In this document: piece after piece, positions 51,091 through 63,414 of the stretch
Numbering within the stretch: position 1 is the stretch's first letter
Layout: every line of letters starts with the position of its first letter
Assembly: GCF_006345805.1 (NCBI RefSeq)
Contig: NC_042998.1
Span: 162,316,001-162,380,000, forward strand
Source: Octopus sinensis
Lineage: Eukaryota
Length of the DNA stretch: 64,000 bases
Direction: 5' to 3'
Made by a program: the position numbers and the translations under genes
Notes under the pieces: generated by a model
Told to the model about the DNA's origin: nothing
Databases searched by the model: none
What the model saw: only the letters and a program-made list of their open reading frames with translations

Positions 51091-51926
51091 GATCTGATTT
51101 GGGCATCAAATAACTTTTTCAAAAATCATACAAGAATTTGAACCATCTATGAATGATCCAGTTATGAAAGAAACTTGCTGATGGTTACTGAAAGGCAGAG
51201 TTGGTGAAGGGTATAAAGACGTTTGAAGTAGGTTTCTTAATGGCTTTTATAGTTTTCAAGATATAGGAAATCAAAATGATTTGAGATACTCAACAAAAGA
51301 TTTGTGTGTATATGTTTATGTGTGTTGAAAGTGTGGGGAGAAAGAGAGATTGCAAACCTAACAGTTTGTTGCTTATAAAATCCTAAGTGTGCAGAGGTCA
51401 TTATAATTGAGAAATAATTAATTACAATGTTGGTGGTGGGTGGTATACTTGGTTTGCCATTTCAGTAGAAACAGTCAGAAATAACAGTGAAGATGTTAAG
51501 TGTTTCAGATAAGAATGAGCCTAATGTATCCAGGGTGCAACGTATCCAGAGATGTATACTCTGTATTTAGCAAATATCCTAAATTATACGTCTTTCTTTG
51601 GGTACAATGTTAATTCTTTTAAACCAATGGTTTAGGTACTTTCACCATTGAGCATTCAAATTTCTCTCCTTTTATATTTCTCATCTGTCAGTGTCTAAAT
51701 TATATTGTTCCTGACCTTTGTGTGTAAATTATCGGTGACGCCTCTAAGTCAATAATGCCTCGCAGCCCCCCTTCCTTCCTTCCTTCCTTTCTTCCTTCCT
51801 TCCTTTCTTCCTTCCTTCCTTCCTTCCTTCCTTCCTTACCACCACCACTACCACCATCATTCAGTAATCAAAGTTTAGCAAAGTATAGTACTTTTTGATT
51901 TCTCCACCCCAATCTAAAATAATAAC

Positions 51927-51978
<52 letters not shown>

Positions 51979-52077
51979 GTAATAATAATAATCATAATAG
52001 TAATGATAATAATCATAATAATAATAATAATAATAATAATAGTAATAATAATAATCATAATAGTAATGATAATAATC

Positions 52078-52116
<39 letters not shown>

Positions 52117-52623
52117 GTAAGGATAATAGTAATGATAGTGGTAATGATAATAATAATAATAGCAAAAACAACAACAATAATAACAATAACACACACACAC
52201 ATACATATATATACATACACGGAATGCCCAAATGTCTTCTTGCCAACAAGCAAGAAGTTTCTAGAAAGTGTAGTCAACTGGTGAGGCACAGTGCAGCAGA
52301 AGTTGAGAGCAGGGAGGAGCATCCTCATCTCACCAGACTATAATTGTTTCTGCTGCCAACAATAACAATAGCATCAACACTATCAGAGCTGTCACTACTG
52401 CCGTCACTATCATTACAAATTGTATTAACACTACTACCCCTTAGTATATCCATCTTTATAACCCCTTATTATCTCTGCCAACATTGCCAGCACTCCCGTG
52501 ACCCCCACTGCCATCACTTCGGTCACCTTTAAAATGTTTCTTGTAATACCCAGCTTCTACCCAGCTTCTGTCACCCCTTTCTATCCCCCCCACCACCACC
52601 ACCACCTCTATCATCATCATCAT

Positions 52624-52656
<33 letters not shown>

Positions 52657-53260
52657 TGTCATTTCCAGCTTAACTACCACCACCACTGATGCAGTCACTA
52701 CCACCACCACCACCACCACTATCATGAGTACACATGGTAGTTTGATTACTTTTATTTAAAGCTACAAATTTATGACTGACATAAAGTTTCGATTAACCAA
52801 ACTTAGCAGTGTTGGGATTTATGAGCTTTCTGATTAATCAACACCGTAAATTTGAGGCATTAAATGTAAAATTTGAATTCAATCACAGAGCAGACAGACA
52901 AATTCTTATAAATTTATTTAGTTTAGTGTTATCTTTTCTATTTTCTACTTTCTTTCTTTCTTTCTTTTATTTCTTTCAACTGTTGGGAACTTTGGGTCAA
53001 ATAGGGCTGTTTTTTGTCTGGACAAATGTTTATTTGGAAACAAAACAACAAAAACTGCGTAAGTTTCTGAATGTCTCTCTGTAGTAATAAGTATTTTATA
53101 AAATACATATTTTGGTTTCTGTTTCATATGCTTCAACATTTTCTTCTTCTTCTTCTTCTTTTTTTTTTTTTGTTACAATACCAGAAGTTACTCCAGTCAG
53201 TTTCTGGAGTTATGTAAGGCAGAAATTAATTATTTTTTTTTAAGGGTAAAAATATTATGT

Positions 53261-53658
53261 ACTTTTTTACCTGTTTCAGTTATTTTACTGCAGCCATGCT
53301 GGAGAACCACCTTCAGTCGAGCAAATCGACCCCAGGACTTATTCTTTGTAAGCCTAGTACTTATTCTATCGGTCTCTCTTGACGAATCACTAAGTTATGG
53401 GGACGTAAACACACTAGCAACGGTTGTCAAGCAATGTTGGAGGGGGGGTGGGAAACAGACACACAAACATATACACACACATACATATATATATATATAT
53501 ACATATATATGACGGGCTTCTTTCAGTTTCTGTCTACCAAATCAACTCACAAGGCTTTGGTCAGCCCAAGGCTATAGTAGAAGACACTTGCCCAAGGTGC
53601 CACGCAGTGGTACTGAACCCGGAACCATGTGGTTGGTAAGCAAGCTACTTACCACACA
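53261..53658 (-). mobile_element. Full-length SINE family A
   Basis: Complete head, body and tail. Confidence 0.9.
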
Positions 53659-54009
53659 ATAAAATTCAATGTTGGACAAAGTCTATCAAGCTTTATAATT
53701 GCAGTTATATATATGATGAAACTTCTGGTATGATTATTCTATTTGATATTTATTTTGAGTTTATAGGATGTACAGGAAACAGGAAAATAAATACACAATA
53801 GAAACTAGTTTATTGTAAAATAAATGTCTACAGGAAGTGGTAACATTTTTTCGGTTACATAAAATTATTATCCACTGGCCCCCACCCCAACAAATGTCAA
53901 AATGCTTGTATATGAATTACATGACAGTCAGTTTTTTTTTATAATAAACATATATTACATCAGAGGATATGCATGTAAAGGATGAGTTTTATGATACAGA
54001 CAGATTTAA

Positions 54010-54583
54010 CCCTTTAGCATTCAGGTTATTCTGTCAAATGAAGGTGCATGGCTCAGTGGTTAGAGCGTAGCTTACAATCGTGAGGTTGTGAGTTCGATTC
54101 ACAGACTGGGCTGTGTGTTGTGTTCTTGAGCAAGACACTTTATTTCACATTGCTCCAGTTAACTCAGCTGTAGAAATGAGTTGCGACATCACAGGTGCCA
54201 AGCTGTATTGGCCTTTGCCTTTCCTTTGGATAACATCAGTGGTGTGGAGAGGGGAGGCTGGTACGCATGGGTGATTGCTGGCCCTCCACAAACAATCTTG
54301 CCCTGACTTGTTCCTCGGAGTGTAACTTTCTAGGTGCAATCCCATGATCATTCATGACCGAAGGGGGTCTCCCCTTCTCCTATTCTGTCAAATGTAATAC
54401 TTATTTATTCACATTGTTTTGAATTAGTCATGCACTATCTTGTGACTTCAAGATTTTGATGATGTGGTTGTTTATTTTTAGAATGACATTGTAGGGTAGG
54501 TGTGAGATGTTGGACATGGCCAGTTTAAACATAACAGAAGCAGAATATTTTAGCTGGGCATGGTCACTTTAAATGCTAAAGGA
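54010..54583. mobile_element. piggyBac-like MITE (family 2) interrupted by a SINE
   Basis: TTAA|CCCTTTAGCATT ... AATGCTAAAGGA|TTTAA. Confidence 0.75.
54041..54380 (+). mobile_element. Full tRNA-derived SINE family E with 14-bp target-site duplication
   Basis: TSD tattctgtcaaatg at 54027-54040 and 54381-54394; A box TGGCTCAGTGG, B box GTTCGATTC. Confidence 0.9.
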
Positions 54584-54987
54584 TTTAATAACTTCCACAA
54601 TAAGTTATTACATTTGGAAAAACAAAAACTTTGAATCAGTATGCTCAACTATTTTATGATAGCAGAGTGAAGTTTGAGGAAGATTGTGTTGCTATTTTTA
54701 GCAAGAAAATGACTACATAGGGGCTTCTCTGTTGGTTTCAACATCATCGTTAACTATTGTTTTTTATAGTTCAGCTTTCTGTGTTTGCAAGGGTCAGACA
54801 GAGTTTTGTGAAGCCCGTTTTTTCTGGACAGATGCCATACACGTTGTCAACACTCTCTAGTTTCCAAACAAGGTTTCCCCATAGCCAGACATGTTTATGC
54901 AGAATAATAGAAATGAATTAAATTGCTTGCATGATAGTGACACTCATTTACAACACTAATGTGATTTCAACACAAGGAAACACAAAC

Positions 54988-55032
<45 letters not shown>

Positions 55033-55437
55033 GAAGGGTTTCAATATTCACCCACCAAATTCGCCTGCAAGGCTTTGGTCAGCTTGGAGCTGTTGTTGAA
55101 GACACTTGCCCATTGTTCCACATTGTGGGACTGAACTCAAAATCATGTGGTCGGGAAGTAAACTTCTTAACCACACAGCCATGCATGTGCCTTCTACACA
55201 TGTTCAACATTTACAGCATGTGTAGAAGTCGTGGTAAACATACTTAGTGCAATCTCAGGCACCAAAATTAGAGAGATTTATGGCAAAACAACATTAGTAT
55301 GCAAACATTACATTAATATGGGTCAAGAATTGTGTCAGTGTAGCCTGGGTCCTAAATGTGTCTACACTACACGGAACACATAACACTAAACTTTACCCAT
55401 CACAGCCTGGAAGCAGGCCACATCTATGTAGTGCCTA

Positions 55438-55720
55438 CACATCATCATCATCATCATCATTTAATGTCCATCTTCCAGGCATGCATGGGTAGGATGGTTG
55501 ATAGGAGCTGGCCAGGTAGAAAATCTATGCAAGGCTGCTGTGTCTGTTTTGGCAGGGATTTTATGGCTGGATGTCCTTCCTAAAACCAACCACTGTGTAG
55601 AGTGGACTCAGTGCACTAGCACAGGCGAAGTTAGTTTTGGCAAGATTTTTTACAGCTGGATGCCCTTCCAGATGCCAACCACATTACAGTGTGGACTGGA
55701 TGTTTTAACATGGCACCAGC
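55438..55720 (-). mobile_element. Family C repeat
   Basis: (cat)n ttaatgtccatcttccaggcatgcatggg...ggatgcccttccagatgccaaccac. Confidence 0.75.
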
Positions 55721-55837
55721 ACAAATATAATATAATAGAAGACTTCAACATGCAAATGTCACATATAGTAATTGCAAAGAGCTTCACCTTTCACAACTTC
55801 ATGCACACTCACACCAAACATACACAACATTCTTGAA

Positions 55838-55920
55838 CAGTGGTTCTCAACCATTTTTTGCTGATGGAACCCCTTTTATTCCTAATTTACATTGCTGGAC
55901 CTCCATAGCCATTTGAATTT
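55838..55920. mobile_element. Possible hAT/Charlie-type MITE end
   Basis: Starts CAGTGGTTCTCAACC; the other end was not found. Confidence 0.3.
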
Positions 55921-56084
55921 TTAGTCAAATAAATCAACACCAGTACTTATTTTTTGTTAAACTTGGTATTAATTCTATCAGTCCCTTTTGCCAAACTGCT
56001 AAGTTAAGGGGATGTAAATACACCAACACTGATTGTCAAGCAGTAGGTGGTGGAAAAACTCACTCACACACACAGAAATATATA

Positions 56085-56230
56085 TATAGACGGAGAATTC
56101 ACAAAAAAACTAAAGACGAAGACAGGTGGTGTAGACAACAAACAGATATATTAGTATAACACTCGGGAAGTGAAAAAGTATTTAACATTTTGAGCCTATG
56201 CTCTTCCACAGAAAGGAACACAGAAAGATA
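56085..56230 (-). mobile_element. Penelope-like fragment with decayed hammerhead motif (56179-56216)
   Basis: CCUUU-CUGUGGA-A-GAGC-AUAG-GCUC-AAAA-UGUU-AAAUA; reverse of 30320-30470. Confidence 0.55.
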
Positions 56231-56236
56231 TATATG

Positions 56237-56269
<33 letters not shown>

Positions 56270-56271
<2 letters not shown>

Positions 56272-56676
56272 TTTATCTCTTTTACTTGTTTCAGTCATTT
56301 GACTGTGGCCATGCTGGAGCACCACCTTTAGTTGAGCAAATCAACCCCAGGACTTATTCTTTAGAAGCCTAGTACTTATTCTATCGGTCTCTTTTGCTGA
56401 AACGCTAAGTTACGGGTACATAAACACACCAACAACGGTTGTCAAGCGATGCTGAGGGGACAAAAACAGACACACAAACATATACACACACATACATATA
56501 CATATATACATATATACGATGGGCTTCTTTCAGTTTCCATCTACCAAATCCACTCACAAGGCTTTAGTTGGCATGAGGCTAAAGACGACACTTGCCCAAG
56601 GTGCCACGCAGTGGGAATGAACCCGAAACTATGTGGTTGGTAAGCAAGCTACTTACCACACAGCCACTCCTGCACC
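56270..56676 (-). mobile_element. Full-length SINE family A (followed by another 5' half at ~56680-56842)
   Basis: Complete head, body and tail. Confidence 0.9.
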
Positions 56677-57204
56677 TATATAATGAGTTTCCTTCAGCTT
56701 CCATCTACCAAATTTACTAACAAGCCTTAGTTTGACCTGAGACTATAGTAGAAAACATTTGTCCAGGTTCCCCATGCAGTGGGACTGAAACAAGAACCAT
56801 GTAGTTAAGAACCAAACCTCTTACCATACAACTATGCCTGCACCAGCAGAGATGATTCGTACTGCTAGTCCACAACTTAACTTCATCATCTTAACATCTA
56901 CTTTTCCATACTTGCTTGGATCATATCTGAGTACCTTTCCTTCAGCTGGATCCCCTTCCTGAGATTATTCCTGTTAGTCTATCATGTAAACAGTTCAGAT
57001 ATGTGTAGAACTGGAGAAAAAAGGATATCAGTTGCATGAGGCTTTTGTTTACAAAGAACATACATCATGCCAAGACATGTCAACCAACCCTCCATGAAAT
57101 ACTCTAAAGTAAATGCACAATATAAAAACCTTTTCATTATAAGAGGCCTCTTACAGACATCTTGAAAAATGGGAGGATTTTGCAGATAACCACTTCAAAC
57201 ATAT

Positions 57205-57425
57205 AGCATTCAGATTTCTCTGTCAAATGGAATGCTTATCTGTTCACATTGATTTGAATCAATTGTGCATTACCTTGTAGCTTTGATATTTCAATAACAT
57301 GATTGTTTATTTTCAGAATAATATTGCAGAAGAAGTGCAAGAAGCTGGATCTGGTTAGTTAGAAGATAAAAAACAGGACTAACTATTTTGGCTGGATATG
57401 GCTGGTTTAAATGCAAAATGGTTAA
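57205..57425. mobile_element. piggyBac-like MITE family 2 (diverged)
   Basis: tagcattcagatttctctgtcaaatg ... aaatgcaaaatggttaa. Confidence 0.6.
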
Positions 57426-58644
57426 AGTAGAGAGCCCTTACAGTGATCTTGCAGAATGATCTAGTGGCAACAACAAAAAGAAAGTACTTTTGCACAGACC
57501 CATCTAAAACCTATGCACAGTGTTCCACATCTAAAAAAGGAACAGTCAAAAGATGTCAACTTCATTAGCAGAATTCTGCCTTTGGTGGAAAAGACAACTC
57601 GCTAATGGTCTCATATTTCACTTGCTGTCTTTAACTGGAGGATGTCTTTGGGAAGGTTAAAGATTATATAATTTGTTTGGAGAAAATAGTAATAAGGTGT
57701 TAAGCTTAGAATCAAGGTGAGATATGAAGTAGAAAGGAAGATAAAGCAGAGAGTGGGTGTGATTTAACACCTGTTTGGTTGATAAAAGGGGTGTTAAATA
57801 ACAAATCAGGTTTAACACCTTGATTATCCAAACAGTAGAAACATTGACATATAAGCGCCTCTATATAAATAGATGCACATATGCACTAATATGCACACAC
57901 ACACACAGAGGCACAGAGAGAGAGAGACAGATGGACAGAAAGCATATATATACATACATGATGGGCTTCTTTCAGTTTCTGCTTTCCTAAGACTATAGTA
58001 GATGTACGTAAGGTGCCATGCAGTGGAATTGAACTTAAAACTTTGTGTGAGGGGGGAAAACTTCTTAATCACATAACCACATTTGACTTGTCAATATATA
58101 AAATCCTTGCTGCTATTGCTTAACCAAAAGTGAGTCCTGACCTAGCTGAGCAATGCTTCCATGTTTTGGGTGTATCTTGGACCATATAATTTGATGTGTG
58201 GAAAGTTGGTAGAAGCATTGGAACATCAGTTGAAATATCTTACAGAATCTTTTTCAGCTTTTTGTATCCCTGAGATTCAGGATTTGATGGAAAAAAATAT
58301 CAGTCTTTAGAATCAGTAGGCTTGCAGAATCATTAGGCTGTTGAATAGATTGCCTCATAATATTCATTCTGGCTGCTTGTTTCCTGAGTTCAAATTCTGC
58401 TGTTGCCTATCAACCACTGTGAAAGTAAGTGAAACCCCCACATTGTACATACTCATAGAAAGAGCGTTAGAACAATCCTTGGGATTCAGTTTGATCAGAT
58501 GATATCTAAGGATGAGGATTCTGACTTTTATGATAGTGCAGATGATGGTTAAGGAGAATTTAGCTGCTATTCTTTGCAGGTCGAGAGACCATTTGGAGGC
58601 TATCTTGTTGGGCTGTGCTATATAACTACGACAAGCATTAGTGC

Positions 58645-59125
58645 TAACATGATGGTCTGGTTTTATAGTACAATAATTTTACTAATGATTCTATCTGACT
58701 TTGAAACGCAGAAAATATCTGCAAAAAATGGCCAAGTTAAGCATATTCCACCAACGATGTCAGCAGAAGATCCTGAAAGTCATCTGGCCAGCTGGAATTA
58801 CAAAACGAAGACATTTTTGAATGAAGTAAATGTCAGCCATAGCAAAACATCATAGTACTGAACTAGTTTTACTTGGCTGGTAAATATTTTGAGCCCAAGA
58901 GTCACTTGCATGCAAAGACTACCATGACAGAGGGAATTCTGAAATAAAGAGAACGGCAAAAATGGTTATCTCAAGAACACCTAACACCAGATATTTTTAG
59001 AAGATCTCAAATGCACTACAACCAGTTGGACAGAAGTTGAAAGAACTGTGACAGATTGACTATGGTAGAGGAATCTTGCTGCCATTTGCATCTCCCAATG
59101 TAAGAAGTGCTAAGCCTAAATCAAA
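58645..59125 (+). pseudogene. RTE-clade LINE ORF2 C-terminus remnant
   Basis: Frameshifted FYSTIIL..ETQKISAK..FHQRCQQKILKVIW..LQNEDILNEV..FTWL..EDLK..SWTEVERTVTD*LW*RNL, the typical RTE 3' end. Confidence 0.75.
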
Positions 59126-59643
59126 CGACAAAGTGTTCTACTATAGTATCATGTGGTGTAGCATGTACAGGACATTTTGTTATTATGATATCATTGTAAC
59201 ATATATATATATATATATATTTATTATATTGCTGTGTGATATGATATATTTTATTACTGAATGGACTGAAGCTTGATATTTTGTGCTTTAGCAAGGTGTG
59301 TAATGTTGTTGACGATATGTAATGCAATATGAAACGCTTGTGTTGTGTGTATTTATATTTTGTATTTGTATGAATCAATATAATTTATACAAAAACTTAT
59401 ATATATAAACAGGTTTATATACTTATTTGCAACGTACACACTCATGCAAAAAGGTAAAGACTCAAACACATGCAAATATATGTACACATAAAAACTGCTG
59501 TTCCAGCAGTAATGGAATTGAAAATGTCAAATTTAGCAATTCATTATTTTTTTTTTTCTAAATTTACAATTAACTGAAAATGTCCTTCAGCATCTTGCTT
59601 AAATAATAATTAATTTTCAAACTCCAGTAAAAAGTAATTGTTC

Positions 59644-59697
<54 letters not shown>

Positions 59698-59748
59698 ATG
59701 TATATTGGTGGTGATATTTTTGTATGTGTTCATATATCCAAACATCTT

Positions 59749-59784
<36 letters not shown>

Positions 59785-60300
59785 CATACATACATACACA
59801 CATATATATATATGTATGTATCCATATATATAGATATATATATATATACATATCTTTTATCTATGTATATGCCTATATATGTATGCATAGAAATATATCA
59901 AAATATGTACATTCATGCACATCAATATATACTGATGTATACACGTGCATACATACACAGACATGCATACAGCTACACACACACACACATCCACACACAT
60001 ATTCACAGATGCTTGCACACATTTTGCAATACACACTTACTACAACATATAGCAGAGTTTAAAAATACAATTTTTTGTTTATAAATTTGTCATTACAGAA
60101 GTTGATAAATATCTAAATAGAGAAGCAGGCAAAATTTTGCTTAAGAAAAAAAAAAATAAAGAAAGAAAGAAATTAATAAGTAAGAAAGCTTCCTATGTCA
60201 ACCCCAACACCATCTCCCCCACCACTACCACCATCACCACCATCACTACCACCAGCTGCAGCAGCAACAACAACATCACTACAACTAGAATAATTGCCCT

Positions 60301-60355
<55 letters not shown>

Positions 60356-61016
60356 TGCACCATCACCTTCATCACCAGAGTAAAATGTAACAAATGAGAC
60401 GTGAAGCTGTTTGTGTTTGTCACATTTGAGGAATCTAGCATGGGTTGGGGGTCTGATCAATATAAACACAGCTGCGATGCCGCAGTGTGTGCATTCCTGA
60501 ATGTGCGCCACAGCTCTGAACGGATATGTTGACATGGAAGTGTTACTATAGTTTCCTCCTTCTCTTCTTCCTCCTCCTGCTCTTCCTCCCATGCCACCTC
60601 CTCACCTCACTGTATATCTCTGCACCTCATCTGCTCCATGTTTGTTTAGAAGTCACAAAATTCTCTATCTTGCAAAGAAAATTGAGATTCAAAGATATCA
60701 GGTGAAATAGCTTGCGAGGGAGAAATTATTATTGTGAAAGCAGTGGTTTCTTCAGGAGTAGGGTCAGGCTTCTTTCTGTTTGTGAGTGAATGTCAGCTTC
60801 AGCTTCACCTTAAAAGGAGCGTGTTTTCTTCATCCTGTTTAGTTTCACATCATTTTCAATATGTGCCTTATCTTCTGGTCTAACATTATTTCCTTCTTGA
60901 ATAGTTTGTGATTTTTTGTCAGTCTTTTCTTACTTACCCTCCACTACACCTTCTTTTTTAAAAAAAAAGGAAAAAATATGTTCTCATCTGTTTCTTAGAA
61001 TGTTTGTTGTATATAG

Positions 61017-61104
<88 letters not shown>
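61017..61104. repeat. (GATA)n microsatellite
   Basis: Pure run of about 21 units. Confidence 0.95.
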
Positions 61105-61105
<1 letters not shown>

Positions 61106-61624
61106 CGTATACATTTCCTTTATTTCACATCTGTTTTTCTAAGCTGACATATGCTGTAGTCCTTTGTCCTCCAGTACCCACCACAATAGAGGGAAAACTG
61201 GTAATCTCTCTTGTCTGGCTATGACAAGTTTTGTGAGGATGGCTAGGTTGTGTGGATTTTGCAGCAAGATATCCTTCATATCACCAACAACTTTATAGTA
61301 TAAAGTGGGGGCATTTTATCCTTCCAGGTTTGTCTACTAGGAGTGCATTGATTGTGTACATACATTCAATCATTCTAGAAATTTTTCCCACCTTCAAATT
61401 GGAACAAATTCACAACATGCATGATAGGTTTGGATGACTGAAACAGTGAATTCTCAGCTTTAACTAAATAAATAAATATTACTACAAGAAAGGATCTTCA
61501 GATGCTGGGCCTCACTGAGGAAATGACAAGGGACCAGAAGATGTGACGATTTGCTGTATTTGATAAGACACAACAAGCTAAGTAAAATCGCTGTCTTCCA
61601 CATGAACAGGCTTATCCTTTCAAG

Positions 61625-61920
61625 CTCTGGTGCCATTTAAAAAGCACCCATGCTGGTGCTATGTAAATGCACCTATGCACCAGGGGCATGTAAAACCACC
61701 CATGCTGATGCTATGTAAATGCACCTATGCACCAGGGGCATGTAAAACCACCCAGTACACTCTGTTAAGTGGTTGGCATTAGGAAGGGCATCCTGCTGTA
61801 GAAACTCTGCCACAACAGACAATTGAAGTCTGGGCATCTCCCTGCTAGTCAGTTCCATGTCAAACCGTCCAACCCATGCCAGCAAGGAAAGTGGAGTTAA
61901 ACAATTATGATGATGATAAT
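61625..61920 (+). mobile_element. Family C repeat with an amplified GGTGC-loop-GCACC module
   Basis: About five modules at 61625-61755, including a 52-bp tandem duplication. Confidence 0.8.
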
Positions 61921-61994
61921 AATTGATCCCTTTCCCATTTGTGCACCCATTATTATATCCTACCTTGATACAGTGTGGACAGAGATCATTGTTG

Positions 61995-62545
61995 ACTACA
62001 CCCTGATATTAAATAAAGTGTTAAACACTTATGGCATGCTAAGTAGCTCCAGTTCTCTGTAACTACTGAATTTTTTTTAAGTATATAAGCAGATTAGTTG
62101 CTTATTTCTCTGGGATTGGTTATGTTGATGTACACTTCTGATGAAAACCTAATAAGGCTTGAAAATCGATTAAAGCTGTTCATCATTTGTTTCAGTCCAT
62201 GAAGAAATAGATAAATTTGCCCTATGTGTATATCTACAAAACAGGTTACGCATATTATTATATCATACTTTGATACTAAATGGACTGCAAACCCTGTTCA
62301 CAGGTGACTGATATTAAATGATGATGTTGAACACTTACAGCATGCAAATTAGTGCTTCTAGTTGTCTGTAGCTACAGAATTTGTTAAGTATGACTGGTTG
62401 CTTATTTCTCTGGGATTGGTCATGTGCACCCAATAAGGTTCGAAAATCAGTTAAGGTTGTTCATCATTTTTTTCACTCTATGGAGAAAAAGGTAAATTTG
62501 TCCTGTTTATTTATCTACAACATAGATTATATATATAATCCAAAA
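61995..62545 (+). repeat. ~300-bp head-to-tail repeat (about 1.8 copies) carrying a hammerhead; retrozyme-like
   Basis: cttatttctctgggattggt at 62101 and 62401; alignment extends from ctgatattaaat (~62004 and ~62308) to atctacaa. Confidence 0.75.
62132..62179 (+). ncRNA. Type I hammerhead ribozyme, canonical core
   Basis: ACACUU-CUGAUGA-AAACCU-AAUA-AGGCUU-GAAA-AUCGAUU-A-AAG(C)UGU; perfect palindrome AAUCGAUU as stem III; predicted cleavage after A62172. Confidence 0.7.
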
Positions 62546-62571
62546 ATTAGGGAATGGAGCTGATAAAATCT

Positions 62572-62656
62572 AGGCCATATATGTTTCATAGCTAGCAGAT
62601 TCTCAGAAGTAGTAGTTACCCAAACAAGGGGTAATACACTAGCTGCTCATCAGGCC
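62572..62656 (-). ncRNA. Degenerate hammerhead-like motif with extended, branched stem II
   Basis: GGC-CUGAUGA-GCAGCUAG..UUACCC/GGGUAA..CUAGCUAU-GAAAC-AUAUAUG-GCC; the cleavage triplet is non-permissive as it stands. Confidence 0.35.
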
Positions 62657-62659
62657 AAA

Positions 62660-63359
62660 CATACCTTAATCAAATGAAGGTTATATTGTTGTCAAGGGAT
62701 CCCATATAAACTTGCAGGAGGCTGCCATAAGCCTTGTCTTCAGTTCATCATTGGTGTTAAAAGTTTTGTTGGTCTGTCGCTCAAATGCACGCCACACAAA
62801 ATGCATAATCAAGGGATTGCAGCCTCGGGAGTAAGGTGACCAGATGTTAGGGACGATGTGGTCGCAGAAATTGTCTGACAGCCATGAGTGGGTTTTCCTG
62901 CTTGTGTGGCATGGTGCAGAGTCCTGTTGCCAAACATACAATCTTCCAGCAGCCACTCTCTTGACCCAGAGCAGCACTACCTCTTCCAGGTAATTGATGT
63001 AGGACTCCATGTTTAGGAGGGAAGATTAATGGTGGCATAATGTTCCTATCACTAGTAATCACTCCAAATACCAAGTTGTTAACTGGATATTTGATTTTTA
63101 TCACTCTTGGAACATGTCTTCAAATTGACACCCAAACGCTCTTAAATGTTCGTAGTGAATCTTCCAGCATGAATGCCAAACAGTACAGCATGTCATTTCC
63201 AAATTTCTGGCAGAGTGAAATGTGACATGGTGCTGTTTTACTCACAGATGGTGCCCAACTGACCCTACTATACTGTGCAGCTGTCAAAATCAAAAACAAA
63301 CAATGCACATGCTTGAAATCAAAAGTATAAAATGGCAACAGTTCACCTATCGCACCCTG
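62660..63359 (-). mobile_element. Internally deleted Tc1/mariner transposon, DD37D (maT) type
   Basis: LVFGVITSD..IMPPLIF; WQQDSAPCHTSRKT..W..S...CNPL(D) with 37 residues between the last two catalytic positions (the last D is frameshifted); TA|CAGGGTG terminus at 63359-63361; the other terminus was not found. Confidence 0.85.
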
Positions 63360-63414
63360 TATACATACACACACACATACACACATATATATACATATGC
63401 ATATATATATATAT

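Noticed and set aside
60465-60525. Possible pre-miRNA hairpin
   Set aside because: The stem is short and mostly G-U pairs; I recognised no conserved mature miRNA anywhere in the window by eye.
61625-61755. CRISPR-like array of short palindromic repeats
   Set aside because: No unique spacers, eukaryotic context, and it is part of a known-type repeat tail.
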